Below the pieces are notes generated by a model. It was not told the origin of the DNA. It searched no databases and saw only the letters and a list, made by a program, of their open reading frames with translations. A stretch of DNA of 54,254 bases, counting the filler, from Bipalium vagum (lineage: Eukaryota): assembly GCA_037834085.1 (NCBI GenBank). It is 3 parts of 3 records of this genome, joined end to end, with 100 filler letters (N's around TTAATTAATTAA, not from the genome) between each part and the next. Parts side by side here need not be neighbours in the genome. Positions count along the whole stretch, not along the records: positions 36,016 to 54,254 come from JBBMKC010035360.1; 2 more parts are not named here. The stretch is one strand, 5' to 3'. Positions 38,297 through 50,423 of this stretch are shown here, in pieces (the stretch's first letter is position 1; each line of letters starts with the position of its first letter). A program made the translations under genes and the position numbers.

Positions 38297-39039
38297 CTTA
38301 GAAAAATATAAAACAGGGAAATAATTTATTTACAATTAAAATAAAACAGTAGTCCTTAAAATTGGATATTAAATTAATAAAATACCAAAAAATATAATTA
38401 CTATATTGTCCCATAAAAATGTCGGTTTTTATTATTAAGATTTAAATGAAACATCTTTTATACATGAAAAAATGTATTTTTTTTTAAAATTCGCTTAAAA
38501 ATCTTAATATAATAGTGAGAAGTGTTTTTATCAATTATTTTTAGTAATATATTTTTTCGCCAAATATGAGATTTTAGTAATTTTTACTATATTAATAGAA
38601 AAAAAGTTATCCATGTCGAAAATTGTCCGTTTTGTTACAGAATTTAAAGGTCGTTATGAGACAAACAAGAAGACAGCCATGTGTGGTCTGCAAAGTTCAA
38701 ATCTGGTGACACCCGCTGGAGGAAAGGTATCCGTGTTTGATAAAGATATCTTGAAAGAATCAGTTGAATCAAATCCATCTAAATCAATTTTCAATTAGCT
38801 ACTGGGTTAGTTCTTCAAAATGTACCATCCAACGACATCTTTATTCTATTGAAAAAATGCAGAGCTCCTCGAATTGAACATTTTGAATTGTCAGAAAGTC
38901 AGGTAAATAAAAATTGCTTTTCAGAAATTTTTCATTTTTAAGAAACCCGTTAAGGAACGACTGTTATTATGGAATGGATTGCTGTCATAAACGAAAAGTT
39001 GGTTTTATTTAATAACCCATAAAGAAAATACATATAGTT

Positions 39040-39620
39040 ATCTACAAATGAGTCGCACGTTTTTTGTCCTAAAATATATTGAATTGGAAAAAAGATTATG
39101 TCCGATTTTATGAACTTTCATGGAGTCCTCTTCTTTGAACTTCTGCCAAATAATAATAGTTTAAATTCGGACATTTATTCAGCACACTGACGAGATTGCA
39201 TGAAGTAAAGAAAGTAAAATATACTTCTTCAATTAGTCGGAAGAAGGTTTTGTTACAAGCGGTAATACAGTCTGATAATCACGAAATCAATTTCAACTGT
39301 GAAAAACCTTGATAGAATTGAACTATTGACACATTTGCCGTACTCACTAGATGTTACAGTTTCTGACTTTCATTTGCTTCGCTCAATGTCACATTTTCTC
39401 TGAGAACGGTGCTTTGAAAATGAGCAGGCCCTTCACGAGGAGCTGAAAAAGATTTTTGACTCCAGACCTGCAGAAAGTTATAAAAATTGAATTAAAAAGA
39501 AAGCACAGCGTTGGGCTCTTGTCTGTCAAAAGCATGGATTTTATTTTTGTTCATAAATTTTGAGTTTTAAAAAAAAACTATCTATTGAAACTTTTTGACA
39601 AAAATTTTCATTCCATGTAG
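39040..39620 (+). mobile_element. Degenerate mariner (C-terminal half)
   Basis: GVLFFELLP, ELLTHLPYSLDVTVSDFHLLRSMSHFL. Confidence 0.85.
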
Positions 39621-40277
39621 AACTGCATAATCTTTGAAATTGTAAGCGTACATTAAAAAATTACTCAATTTTTCTAAAAAGGTCTGTTATAAATATATTT
39701 TGAAATAATTTAAAGTCTAAAAACTGTTATTATTAAAATTACGATTTTCTGGTTTCTTTATATTAAGAAATAATAAGTAATTATTAAAAATTAATACTTT
39801 ATATTTATAAAATATTTCTTTTCTTTTAAACAGAAAAGTATGTCTTTTTTGGGTAAACCTATAAAGTATTAAAGGTTCAAATTTTAAATAAATAAAATTT
39901 TAAAAACCTATAGTTTTTTATTTATACAGTTAATATTATCACTAGATTAAACTTTAAAAATGATCAACTTTCTTAATGCCACCATTGTTTACTTAATTTA
40001 ATAATGGTGTTAGGATAAAGTTCATTGATTTTTCATGTTTGTTAGGATAGATATGTAACTTTTTTGAAAATGTTTAAATACATAATTAAATATTTAAGGA
40101 TTCACATGATTCAAATGATTATACCATTTTATATCATTAATATATTATGAGGTCATCCGAAAGGTAATATCTGTTTTTCGACCAATTTATAAAGTCTAAA
40201 TAAAATTAACCAAAACTTATTATAAAATATTTCATATAATATTAATAAAGTAAGCAATACTTTTTTAAATAATGATT

Positions 40278-41440
40278 TACAGTCCCCCGAATAATTATTG
40301 ACGCAATATTAAATATCACATTTTTGTATATTTACAGAGTATCAAAGTTAACAAAAGTATAAAAAAGTAAAAAGATAATATTGTAGCCATCCTATTATGA
40401 TATATTTATTCCAAAATAAATAATTCTGTTCAAGTAATTATAGAAATAAGTAAATAGGCAACTTAAAAATTACAATAATCTATTGCCGCACTTTTAAGAA
40501 ACTATAATACGAATAGAAAAATAATTTATATATGTATATGGACACTTAGTGATTGATAGAATTGCCATGAGAATATATCACTTGAAAAATTCTGTTAGGC
40601 ATAGAATTTAACAGTGCTCGAAATACCCTGTTCCAATAACGAATTATAGAACTTTTCAGCTCCTCTAATGATTGATATTGTTTCCAATCAGCAAAGACCC
40701 GACGAGCAAGTATCCCCCATAAATTCTTGATCGGATTCAGATTCGCTCAATAATGCATAACTTCAAAAATGGGAAATGCTCTATTAAGAGCCTTTGATAT
40801 TTATACTAATTTTGGTTTCCGGTAATAATCACCAGAGTGGAATTCCGATGATAATTTAAACAACCCCAAATCATTAGGGAGCTTCCTGCTGTGTGTCTTT
40901 TTGAAAAAGATATCTCTTCCTTTCAAAAATCGTTCTAATAATAAGCGTAGCCATCTGGTCCATTCAAATTGAATTTTTTTTCGTCACTTCAGATGACATT
41001 TTTCCATTATTTAACGCAGGACATTTTATTTTTAGCTCAAGATATACGAGTCATTTTGTCTTCAAAGAGAGCTTTACTAAAATTTTCTTATGCCTGATGT
41101 TTTGAAATTTTTTCAATATAAATCGTTAACTTTCGACGGGCATATTCAAATTATTTTGGCTTTTTATCTTTGTAACAGATATACTTTTGTTGCTAGAATT
41201 TCTCACAATCAAGCGTTTTGTTGGTTTAAAAAACTTTATTTTAAAAAACTTCTTTTTATCGTTTTTTGTTTTCAAATAGAACTAAGTAAACTATCACTTA
41301 TCCCGGTTGACGCGCACTTCCTTTCCGTAGAAAATTTAAAAATCAAGATGCTATGAAAAAAACCGTATGCTCCAGCTTTTATACTCCAAAAATGAAAAGA
41401 AAATATACAAGGGGGATTGAAAACCTGGTTTCTCGATGGC
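40278..41440 (-). mobile_element. Degenerate Tc1/Tc3-like element
   Basis: TIR-like TACAGTCCCCCGAATAATTATTGACGCA at 40278. Minus-strand motifs SDxKKFNLNGPDG, LNPIKNLWGIL and SMPNRIFQVI. Confidence 0.8.
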
Positions 41441-42146
41441 AACAAGTCATGGACTTCATAAAGAGGACAATTTGATGATATCAAAATTGATAATTCTAAA
41501 AGTTGTGTATTGTATCTTCGGATGACATAATATATTAATTTTAGTTTTATTATTTTGTTATTTCTCTTATTTTTATTTATATTATATATATATAATATTA
41601 TTTTATATGTGAACTTAACATAGAGTTAGTTATAATAACAAAAATTAATCGCTCATCTAGTGAAAAGCATGAAAATTAAATTACACAATTATTTTTATCA
41701 TAATTCTGTTCTTAAAAAGTTTATTGAGAATTTCCTTAAGTAATTCGTCCAATCCATTTGTTTTAATATTTTTAAAAATTTATTTAATTTTTATTAATTA
41801 TTCCAAATTTTATTGAAAAAATCTTTTTATGAATTTTTTAAATGTATCTTTTATTAATATTAAAGGACTTATGGAGGGTACCTTAATTACACCCACCCTT
41901 TAAAACTATTTTATTTTATCACTTGATGTTTTTACATACAAATATGAAAGTGAAAGTAATAATAATTTGACATTTGTAAACACAAGAATGACAATAAATA
42001 TTTTATTTTATTTATTTCTGTTATGATCATTATTCTACTTTTCAATAATCTGATTTAAAATTACTTTTGTCAAATTAGAGTAAAGTAGAAAAAATGAACA
42101 ATTTTTATAAAATTCAATAAAGTTGTAAAACTTTTTCTTTTCCACA

Positions 42147-45100
42147 TTAACTTGACAGAAATTTAATCTTTTCCTTGGAAACCAAACAGTCGTATTAAAA
42201 ACCAACCTCCACTTTTGTTTCTTCTTTGTTTATACTTTTATATCGCTGGTGGAAATCTAAATTGCGCATCTCAAACAACCCAGGTCTCGGGTAAGCATTG
42301 AAGGTGGTACTGAATGTTACTGAATTTTCATTTCTGTCAAAATAATAATTAATTAAAAATTGAAATATTGAGCTAACGGAGTCTTAATTTTATCATTTAA
42401 AGTTTCAGTAGACCCAGATTTTGCTGGTGGAGTCCCGTAAAATGTTGCAAACGTCAAATTATCTTTAAGAATAACCTTAATTCTTTCTTGAAATCCAACT
42501 GGTAGAGAGTTTATTATTCCTAGAAATGCAGCAGGATTTAGCGTAAAGAACTTCTGGATGATTATCTCCGATTCCTAAAATGAAATTTATCATACTTTTT
42601 GAGATGCTTTAGAATAATTTATATTCTCATTAATTTAATACTTTAAATTAATATAATTTCTTCATAAAAATTTCACACCCATATTTATAAGGGGTACAAA
42701 TAAATAAGGCGGTTTATTTAAAATAGATTTAGTGAGATATCGAAATATAATTGTGAATTGAAATATAAATCAATTTGTTTGAATAATATCTATTAATTGG
42801 GTAATCATTTAAATTTTTATAATATGTTAATCATTTCAAAATTTTTAGATCTAAATATGTCAACATTTAAGCCAAGCAAAGAACACTTGCGAGAAGTTCT
42901 CATTCATTAATTCATGATGAACAAAACTTCTGAAGAATATTATGCTTATAAAAAACATGTAGTATCTCAGGAAACATGTGAGCATTGGTTTCACCGCTTC
43001 AGAAGTAATGATTTCAGTGTAAAGGATAAAGAAAGCTTAGGCCGTCCTTCCAAATTTGAAAACCACAATTTACAAAATTTATTGGATGAAGATGCCTGTC
43101 AATCGCAAAATCCAGAATGGGTCAGAAAACACGGAAAAGTAATTCTTCTACATGACAACTCAACGCCTCAGATTTCTAAAGCAGTTAAAAGCATGTTAAA
43201 AGATATGAAATGGAAAAAAGTACTCACCTACCTGCTGTATTCACCAGATCTTGCACCTTCCCATTTTCAGCTGTTCCGTTCAATGGCACATGAACTTGCT
43301 GAGCAGCACTTTAAATCGTAAAAAGATGTCCAAAATTGGTCTCAGAATGGTTCTCCTCGAAACTAGAAATGTTCTTTTTGGATGGCATTCATAAACTGAC
43401 TGAAAGATAGAAGAATGCGTGGATAACAATGGCCATTATTTAGAATAAATTATTTTTTCTTTTTGTTTCGAAATTACCATGCTTTGGTTATTAAAAAATC
43501 CGCATTATTTATTTGTACCTCTTATAATTAGTAAACTCATTCTCTTTGCTTTACTTCTAATTTAAAGTATCAAAGATAATTTTAAATAAAATTATCATTT
43601 CTCTTAACAAATGAAAGTTTAATTAAGACTCATAATTTAAAATATTTTCATTTATCAAATGTTCGAAAATAAAATTTATTTTACAAATGAAAAAGAGTTA
43701 ATTTCATTACCTTGTCCGGGTTTGTCTTATTATTTCAATTTAATTATCAAGGACATAAATTTACTTTATTTCAATTAAACTTTACTTTAATTTATTTACT
43801 TTATTAAATTAATTTTTAAATTTTATTCTAAGAATTATGACTTTATTAGAATTACTAGAAAGGGTAAAGGATGAAAAAAGCAATTTCTTTATGTCAAGGG
43901 AAATGTCGAAACCACAGAATATAAATCGATCTTTAATGCAAAAGATCAAATTCAGAAAGAGTTTAGTAGTAACACTTTTGCATAACACATCCTTATCAAT
44001 TATGTCATTGGTACTCATAACACAGTGTACTCTATTTGTACCCCCACTTTTTAAAAATAAAAAACAGGCCTTGAGGGATAGGCCTAAAAATATATTTTGT
44101 CTAAAAATAACATCTATACAAAACACAAAAAATATAAAATTTAATAAAAATAAAAATATATGAAATATTCAATATTTGAAATATACAAAATGTATAAAAT
44201 ATGCCAAATAATTAAAATACCTAAAATACTTTATCACAAAATTCAGGGTCGGTTTTCAATAAAAAAGTGGGGGTACAAATAGGGTACACTTTGTGTCTCA
44301 ATTTATTATTAGTGCTACACAATGCATATTGATAGGATCTTTTTCCAATTAAAAAATTCTAAAAGAGAAATTTCAAACAAGTTTCATGAGCCTATTGGTG
44401 ATGAAGAGCAGGTTATATAAATAAATGAGGCATTACTTGCGAAAAATAGATATTTAAAAGTAAATGTTTACCAAGCAAACATTGCGTTATTGGAGATGTT
44501 GTTCGAGAACAAGCTTATAAATGCTTCATTGAATTTATTGAGAATCACAAAGCCATCTTTCTACCAATTGCGCAATTCCATGGTAATATCACTCAGGTTT
44601 TTTTGAGGCGAAGAATTCGACTATTCCTTTTTTGAGCTTTTCCTTTGAACCAACGCGTTTCCCTGGTAAAAATGCGAGAGAGACCAAAACATATGATAAT
44701 CAGAAGGAGCGAGATCCGGGCTGGGTGGGGGATGACTTCAATGCCTTGCAGTTCCTGAATTTTCCACTGCACTATTCTTGATATATGGCTTGGAGAATTA
44801 TCATGCTGTAGGAGTGCTGTACTGCGATTCAACAATGCTGGGTAAAGAGTGCTCAAATCATTATGAACTAGCTGTAGTTGTTCAACATAAAGGTTACCTT
44901 CGATAGCTCGACCATCCGGAACAAGTTCCCAGTGCACATGCCCCTCTTAATTCCACCAAACTCACAAAATCACTTTCTTTTCGAAGCGATCTAGTGAAAC
45001 TATTTACTGAGTTAGCTGACCAGACAAAAGCCACCTCTACTAGAAAAAAAACCAATTTTTTATCTCCTGTGCCTCCAAAAACGGTTGTCTTTGGGATTCT

Positions 45101-48100
45101 GTAGTAATATCGCGGCAAATGTCAACTCGGCACTTGGCCTGATTATCTATCAATTCGTGGGGAACTCGGAGTGAATTTTTATTTACAAAACTAATGTTAT
45201 GCAGATGACGAACGATAGTGCTTTGAGAATGCCCTCCTCCTCTGACAGCCTTCGGGTGCTTGTTCTGGGCTGCTGCTCTGCTAGGGCACAAAAATCTTCC
45301 TTGTTCATCACCGATGGTCGACCTGAACTTTCCTGACCTTCAATATCGGTATCTCCTTGATTAAAGCGACTAAACCACCACTGAACTTTATTTTCCTTTA
45401 GCACATCCTTGTCTTTCACGTCGCAAATTTCTCGAGTCGCAGCTGCAGCTGATAGACCTTTTTTTCCAATAGTGACGTAATAGTATCCGAATTACTGCTT
45501 TCAAACATTCTAACTGTAAAAAAAGGTGAATGGAATTTTATAAATTTTACTTTTAAAATGTAACTACAGTATCCTTTTCAACGGCTTTTAAATGACACCA
45601 ACGTTTTCATATAAATATTATTATTAAATGATATGGTAAAACAAGAACTTTAAATAACTAAAAACATGAATAACTTTTGACTCAACCTGATACTATATAT
45701 ATTATTATATAATAATATATTATATGAATCTTATGTATTACATGAAAATATTATAAAAGATGGTAGTTATTTATAATGGGTGAGTTTTTGTCAGTTTGTT
45801 ATATTTAAAAAAAATTATGTATATTGAATGAATTGAATAAGTTTTTTTATATGTATGACCTTGATGATTAAATTGAAATAATTAATTAATAATCTAGGGA
45901 AAGTAATTAACTTAACCTGGAAAAGAAAAGCACAACCAAAAAAATTATGTTCCATGTATGTAGAAGATGTTCGATCTCAATTGCTAGACTTTGTATTGTA
46001 AAATTTCATGGAAAAGTTTGATGGTTCTGAAGACTGCTTTTTGGAAGATAAGGGTGAAATAATAAAACCATGTTAATAAATTAATTTTTAATACATTTTT
46101 ACTTTTCTATTATATATTTATTATTATATTATTTTATTATATATTTTATCATATTATTTTTTTAATTCATTCATTATTGAATATGCAGTAAATAAAGGAA
46201 AATCAGACAATATCACCTTTCGAACTTTTCCAGATTTGAGGTCTGCAGTCCAAGATATAATGCGAGAAATTGCCATGACAAAGGTAGGGAATATATTGCT
46301 GAGAATTTCGGATTTCAACAAAACAATTAGAAGCCGAATAAATCTTATCAAGCAAATTTTGATATCACTATCTTTTGGTGGGATTTCATCCATAACAAAT
46401 TTGCAGCAAAGCTCTAATAAGAGTCTTTGAGGAAATAAATTCCTGGTAATAAATTTTGAAAATGTTAAATATAAGCTCATAAACTTATTAAAAATATATT
46501 ATAAATTTTTATATAAATACATAATAATTATAATTACTTTTATTAGGGATCCACTTTAATTTTGAGTCCTAATCAACAAAATTTCAAAATAAATTTTATT
46601 ATTAACATACAAACATTTATTGATTAAATATTCTCCATCAGTATCAACTATTATCTTCCACCTATCTACCAAAGAATAAAAGCCATCAGAATAAAATTCA
46701 GTAGTTTTTTGATAAAAAAAACGTTTGTAAATCATAATTGTTTTCACTAATTTTTCCTTTAAGAAAGTTAGTAATCTGTATCAGCAATGTCTGGGCTGTA
46801 TGGCAGTGGCAAGACTTTATAATACAGTTCTTTTAATTTTTTTTGTCATTTTTGATGCACAGGGTAGAATAGCCCTTTGAAGAATAACCCTTCTCTGCTA
46901 ACCAAACTGTATATATAAAGAGCTTACAATTAAATTGGATCCATAATATTATAAAAATATTACTTATAGATCAGACATAAAATTTTTCACTGAACTCACC
47001 TTATCATATCCGCAGTATCCTGGAGAGTGGTAATGTGATTATCTATGGAAGCAGATGATTGCCTAATTACCAAATGAACTAATAGAGGATATAACCAGTC
47101 CATGAGTTGGGAATGATACTTTTGAATGAACACTTGTAATGTTTCCAACATGTATTCACAATTCTTTAACATGAAATAACATAAGTGATATATTTCACTT
47201 CATAAAATTAGAAAATGACAAAATGGATTTATTTATAGAAAATATACAAGGAGAATATTGTTAATGATATTTGATCATTAAAATTAAAAACCTTTGAAGA
47301 AAATTAAACATTTTACAATAACATATTTTATATATCTATAGAATATTTGACCTCTAAGGGAAAATTTTTAATTTATCAAATCCTAATGTAAACATTAAGA
47401 TAGTGTAATGTCTGGAAAATTTTAATCATTGTTCCTTTTCTTATTTTTTTAACTACCCAGCTTAAGACCAATAGTCAACCACCGAATAAAAAATCAATTA
47501 TGAACAATAACGAGTGGTCGGAAAGCTTTGTCAAAAAACGCGTAAAATCTTTAAATAAAAAAATCAATTGCATATAGATTTATAGCTTTCTTAAATTACT
47601 TTTTATATACATGGTGACTTTTAAGTAGCTTTACAACTTTATGTACGAATAGAAAAAAAAGATTTTGATGTATTTTTTTTGGTACATGAAAACAAAGCCA
47701 AATATACAAAATTTATTTATTTTCAAAATATTCACCATTGGCTTCATAGCAAGTGCGTACTCTACCAGTAACAGACAACAAAACTTTTTCAGTTAAATCC
47801 AATGATATATTAGTAGATGCTTCACTAATTTTATGGTTCAAATCTTCTAATGACTAGATTTGCTGAGGATAAGCTAATTCTCTTATATGACCTCAAACGA
47901 AAAAGTCATGGAGGTGAGGTCAGATGATCTTGGTGGGCAATCAATAACTTCTCTTCTGCGAATCCACTTTTCATGGAAATGCTGCCATAATGCTGCCGTT
48001 TTTATTCGTCTGACAAAGAAAAAACATGTTAGGTTTTAATCCAAAAATAAATTCTACTACTAAAGCCAATTAGATCGACTCCGTGATAAATTCACTAAAA

Positions 48101-48990
48101 CGAGACCATCTCAGTTCAAACAAAAAGATATTATTCTGCAACAAGATAACGTAAGACCCAATACATTTAAAAGAACCAGAAGTTGAAAGAATATTGATGG
48201 GAACACCTGCCTCACACATCAAAGTCCAGAGATGACATTGAAAGATTATCATCTGTTCAGATCATTACATTACTTTTTGAAAAGAAAGGTTTTCAGTGAC
48301 AAATGTAAGATCGGAAATGCTTTTTCCGCGTATTTTGCTGAAAAGGACCGAAAGTTCTTAAAACACGGAATCGAACTTCCACCAGAACGCTTTCAAATCG
48401 TAGTTGATAACAGTGGATTAGATAACTGATTAAAGTATTTGTGTTTTTATAAAATATATTTTTATTCTAAGTATTTTTCCGTATGGAACGACCTCAGATT
48501 TTATAATAATGTAAAATTGAAAGAATAGTAGAATATGATATTATAAATAAAATGACTTTCTTTAAGAACAATAATAAAGTAAACAAAATATTAAAAAAAT
48601 TAAAGTACTTCTTTTTCCTTTTCTTTTAACAGCAAAGTAAATGTATTTTGAATTATTTTTATGTCTGGTAAGCTAAATGAAAATACTATAATAATATCAG
48701 ATTATTTTATATAATAAAAAATTAAACATTTTGTGATGAATTATTATTAAAAATCTTAAAGGATAATGAAAGTTTATGTACTATTGCTTATGTTATCAAA
48801 TTTTAGATTTTCTCATTGTATGAATAAACATGAGATTAATTAATTTTTTTTAGTTAATTCAAAACCCGGATATTTTATTACAAACTTTTTGTCCCGCGCG
48901 TTTCGAATCAACGAGATTTCACTGTATTTAAAATGAACTTTGTTTTTAACAAATAATTATCACAAATTTTCTTTAGTTCTTCTAATTCAT
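42147..48990 (-). CDS. CLASP: CLASP/Orbit/Mast-like microtubule regulator (TOG3 region recognisable; 5' and 3' ends unresolved)
   Basis: Phase-consistent exons ~48990-48923 (EELKKICDNYL), 47163-47000 (MLETLQVFIQKYHSQLMDWLYPLL), 46442-46217 (NLFP..AISRIISWTADLKSGKVRK), 42574-42378 (FTLNPAAFLGIINSLPVGFQE), 42333-42207, and possibly 42173-42147. They match CLASP TOG3 (FLETL..DWL..LL; AVSRVITWTTEPKSSDVRK; FELNTPEF..LPKTFQ). Confidence 0.7.
42688..43524 (+). mobile_element. Internally deleted Mos1/mauritiana-like mariner with both TIRs
   Basis: TA-flanked TIRs TAAGGGGTACAAATAAATAAGGCGG / CCGCATTATTTATTTGTACCTCTTA. Motifs MSTFKPSKEHLREVLI, WFHRFRSNDF, LLHDNS, YSPDLAPS. The WVPHEL/first-D segment is deleted. 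Confidence 0.9.
44020..44294. mobile_element. MITE, about 275 bp
   Basis: TIRs of about 33 bp: ACACAGTGTACTCTATTTGTACCCCCACTTTTT / AAAAAGTGGGGGTACAAATAGGGTACACTTTGT. Confidence 0.85.
44380..44550 (+). mobile_element. Merlin/IS1016-like transposase relic
   Basis: EPIGDEEQVI*INEALLAKNRY...VIGDVVRE..KCFIEFIEN resembles Merlin IGG.G..VEIDES..KRKY..WV.G...CF..V. Confidence 0.5.
44570..45692 (-). mobile_element. Degenerate near-full-length mariner (elegans-subfamily-like)
   Basis: TIR TATCAGGTTGAGTCAAAAGTTATTCATG. Motifs WFSRFNQGDTDIE..SGRP, RVPHEL, TGDKKLVF, LLQHDNSPSH. Frameshifted. Confidence 0.9.
46541..46900 (-). mobile_element. Mariner C-terminal relic in a CLASP intron
   Basis: FYSDGFYSLVDRWKIIVDTDGEY plus an upstream YSPDIA-like segment. 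Confidence 0.8.
47608..48000 (-). mobile_element. Tc1/mariner (DD37D/DD41D-like) C-terminal relic
   Basis: PPRSSDLT (WPPRSPDL.P type), followed by NLVIRRFEP/ANGEYFE fragments. Confidence 0.6.
48010..48500 (+). mobile_element. Mariner C-terminal relic
   Basis: KILLQQDN, DYHLFRSLHYFL, GIELPPERFQIVVDNSG. Confidence 0.85.
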
Positions 48991-50423
48991 CTTACTCAAG
49001 AGTCGTAAATGATATTTTTAGATAATAAGTATTTTAAATCAAAATTTTTTAAAAATTTAAATTAAACAAACCCTAAAATTTGGTTTCTGATTATTGCTTG
49101 AAGCTTTATAAAGGCATTTTGAGAGAATAGATTGATGACTTCCTTGATAGCTTCTTGGAGTTGCATATATGATGATTGTAATCAGGATATCCTTTTCAAT
49201 AGACAATGTGGAAGTTTATGTAAAATATTTGGTTGAACATTTTTAAATTGCAGGATTTTTTAATATGACTAGACAATCATTGATCAAATAATATTATTAA
49301 TTTAAAATATTTGAAATTTAATATTGATTTATTTCTTAAGAAATGTAAAAATATCTATAATTTTTATTCCATATTTTTATTTTTATAATAAGATTTTTTC
49401 CACCTAACTTATGATATAACAGTATTAGATTGAATTTTTAAAATTTTATCTCCGTTTATTCTTTCATAACGGAAAAGGCTTTATGCTTTCCCTGCATTCC
49501 ATAAAAAGTCTAATAAAAAGTGAATAACGCGGAAATCCCGTACACTTTAACTTTATCCTGGACAAGCTTTTCCAAGTTACCATCAGACTTGAAGTAGAGT
49601 TCCACGATCCGACTGGCCAGCTTAGAGTCAATGGCTCTATCACCATCCATCAGTGAGTCATCGGGTTTGTCTCTCTACATTTTAAATGATACACAACTTT
49701 CAATAAGGAAAGAAAGAGAAGGAAATTTAAACTTTTTATTATTAATATGATTATTATTATTAGTTTCTCTCTGCCGTATTTTTCCTTTTACGAAATAAAA
49801 AATAAAATAAAATTTTTAAATTGTAAACAAATTTTGCAAAATCTTCAGAAAAAAATATCCATTCTGTTGAACATTTTTAAATTGCATATTTTTTTATGAC
49901 AGTAATGAATCAAGAATTATATCGTCTTCAGAAATTATCAATAATTTTTTTTTTAATTTGGGACATCTCAACAATATAATTATTTATTTATATTCATACA
50001 ATCTGCACAAATACTGAAGATCCATCTCAAAATCGAAACTTATCCTAACTTTAATTATAAAATAATCAATGTGAAATGTGCATTTTTTAAAATAATATTT
50101 GATTTTGGCACTAAAATTATTTTTTAAAATTTTCAAAAATAATTAAAAAATAATCGCCTAAATTGAAAGTTTTGTCATTATAAAGTTTCACTCTAAAACA
50201 ATTACGAGTTTTCGAACGCTTTAGCTATAATGTAGATATATAATTTTCTGAAGTTTTAGTTTTTCAAGACATCTGAAAAACTAAATGTCACTCATTTCCG
50301 TATCGGTCATTTCGTATTGTCAACATCGAACTGTTAACAATCTGCAAACGTTGCAGGGCTAAAGTGCATTACGAATAATATAAATAAAATCTGGCGATAA
50401 GTAATGTTCACTGTATTTCATAC

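Noticed and set aside
44021-44027. CACAGTG (RSS/Transib-like heptamer) at a MITE end
   Set aside because: The opposite end reads CACAAAGTG and there is no nonamer or 5-bp TSD, so a Transib/RAG call is not supported.
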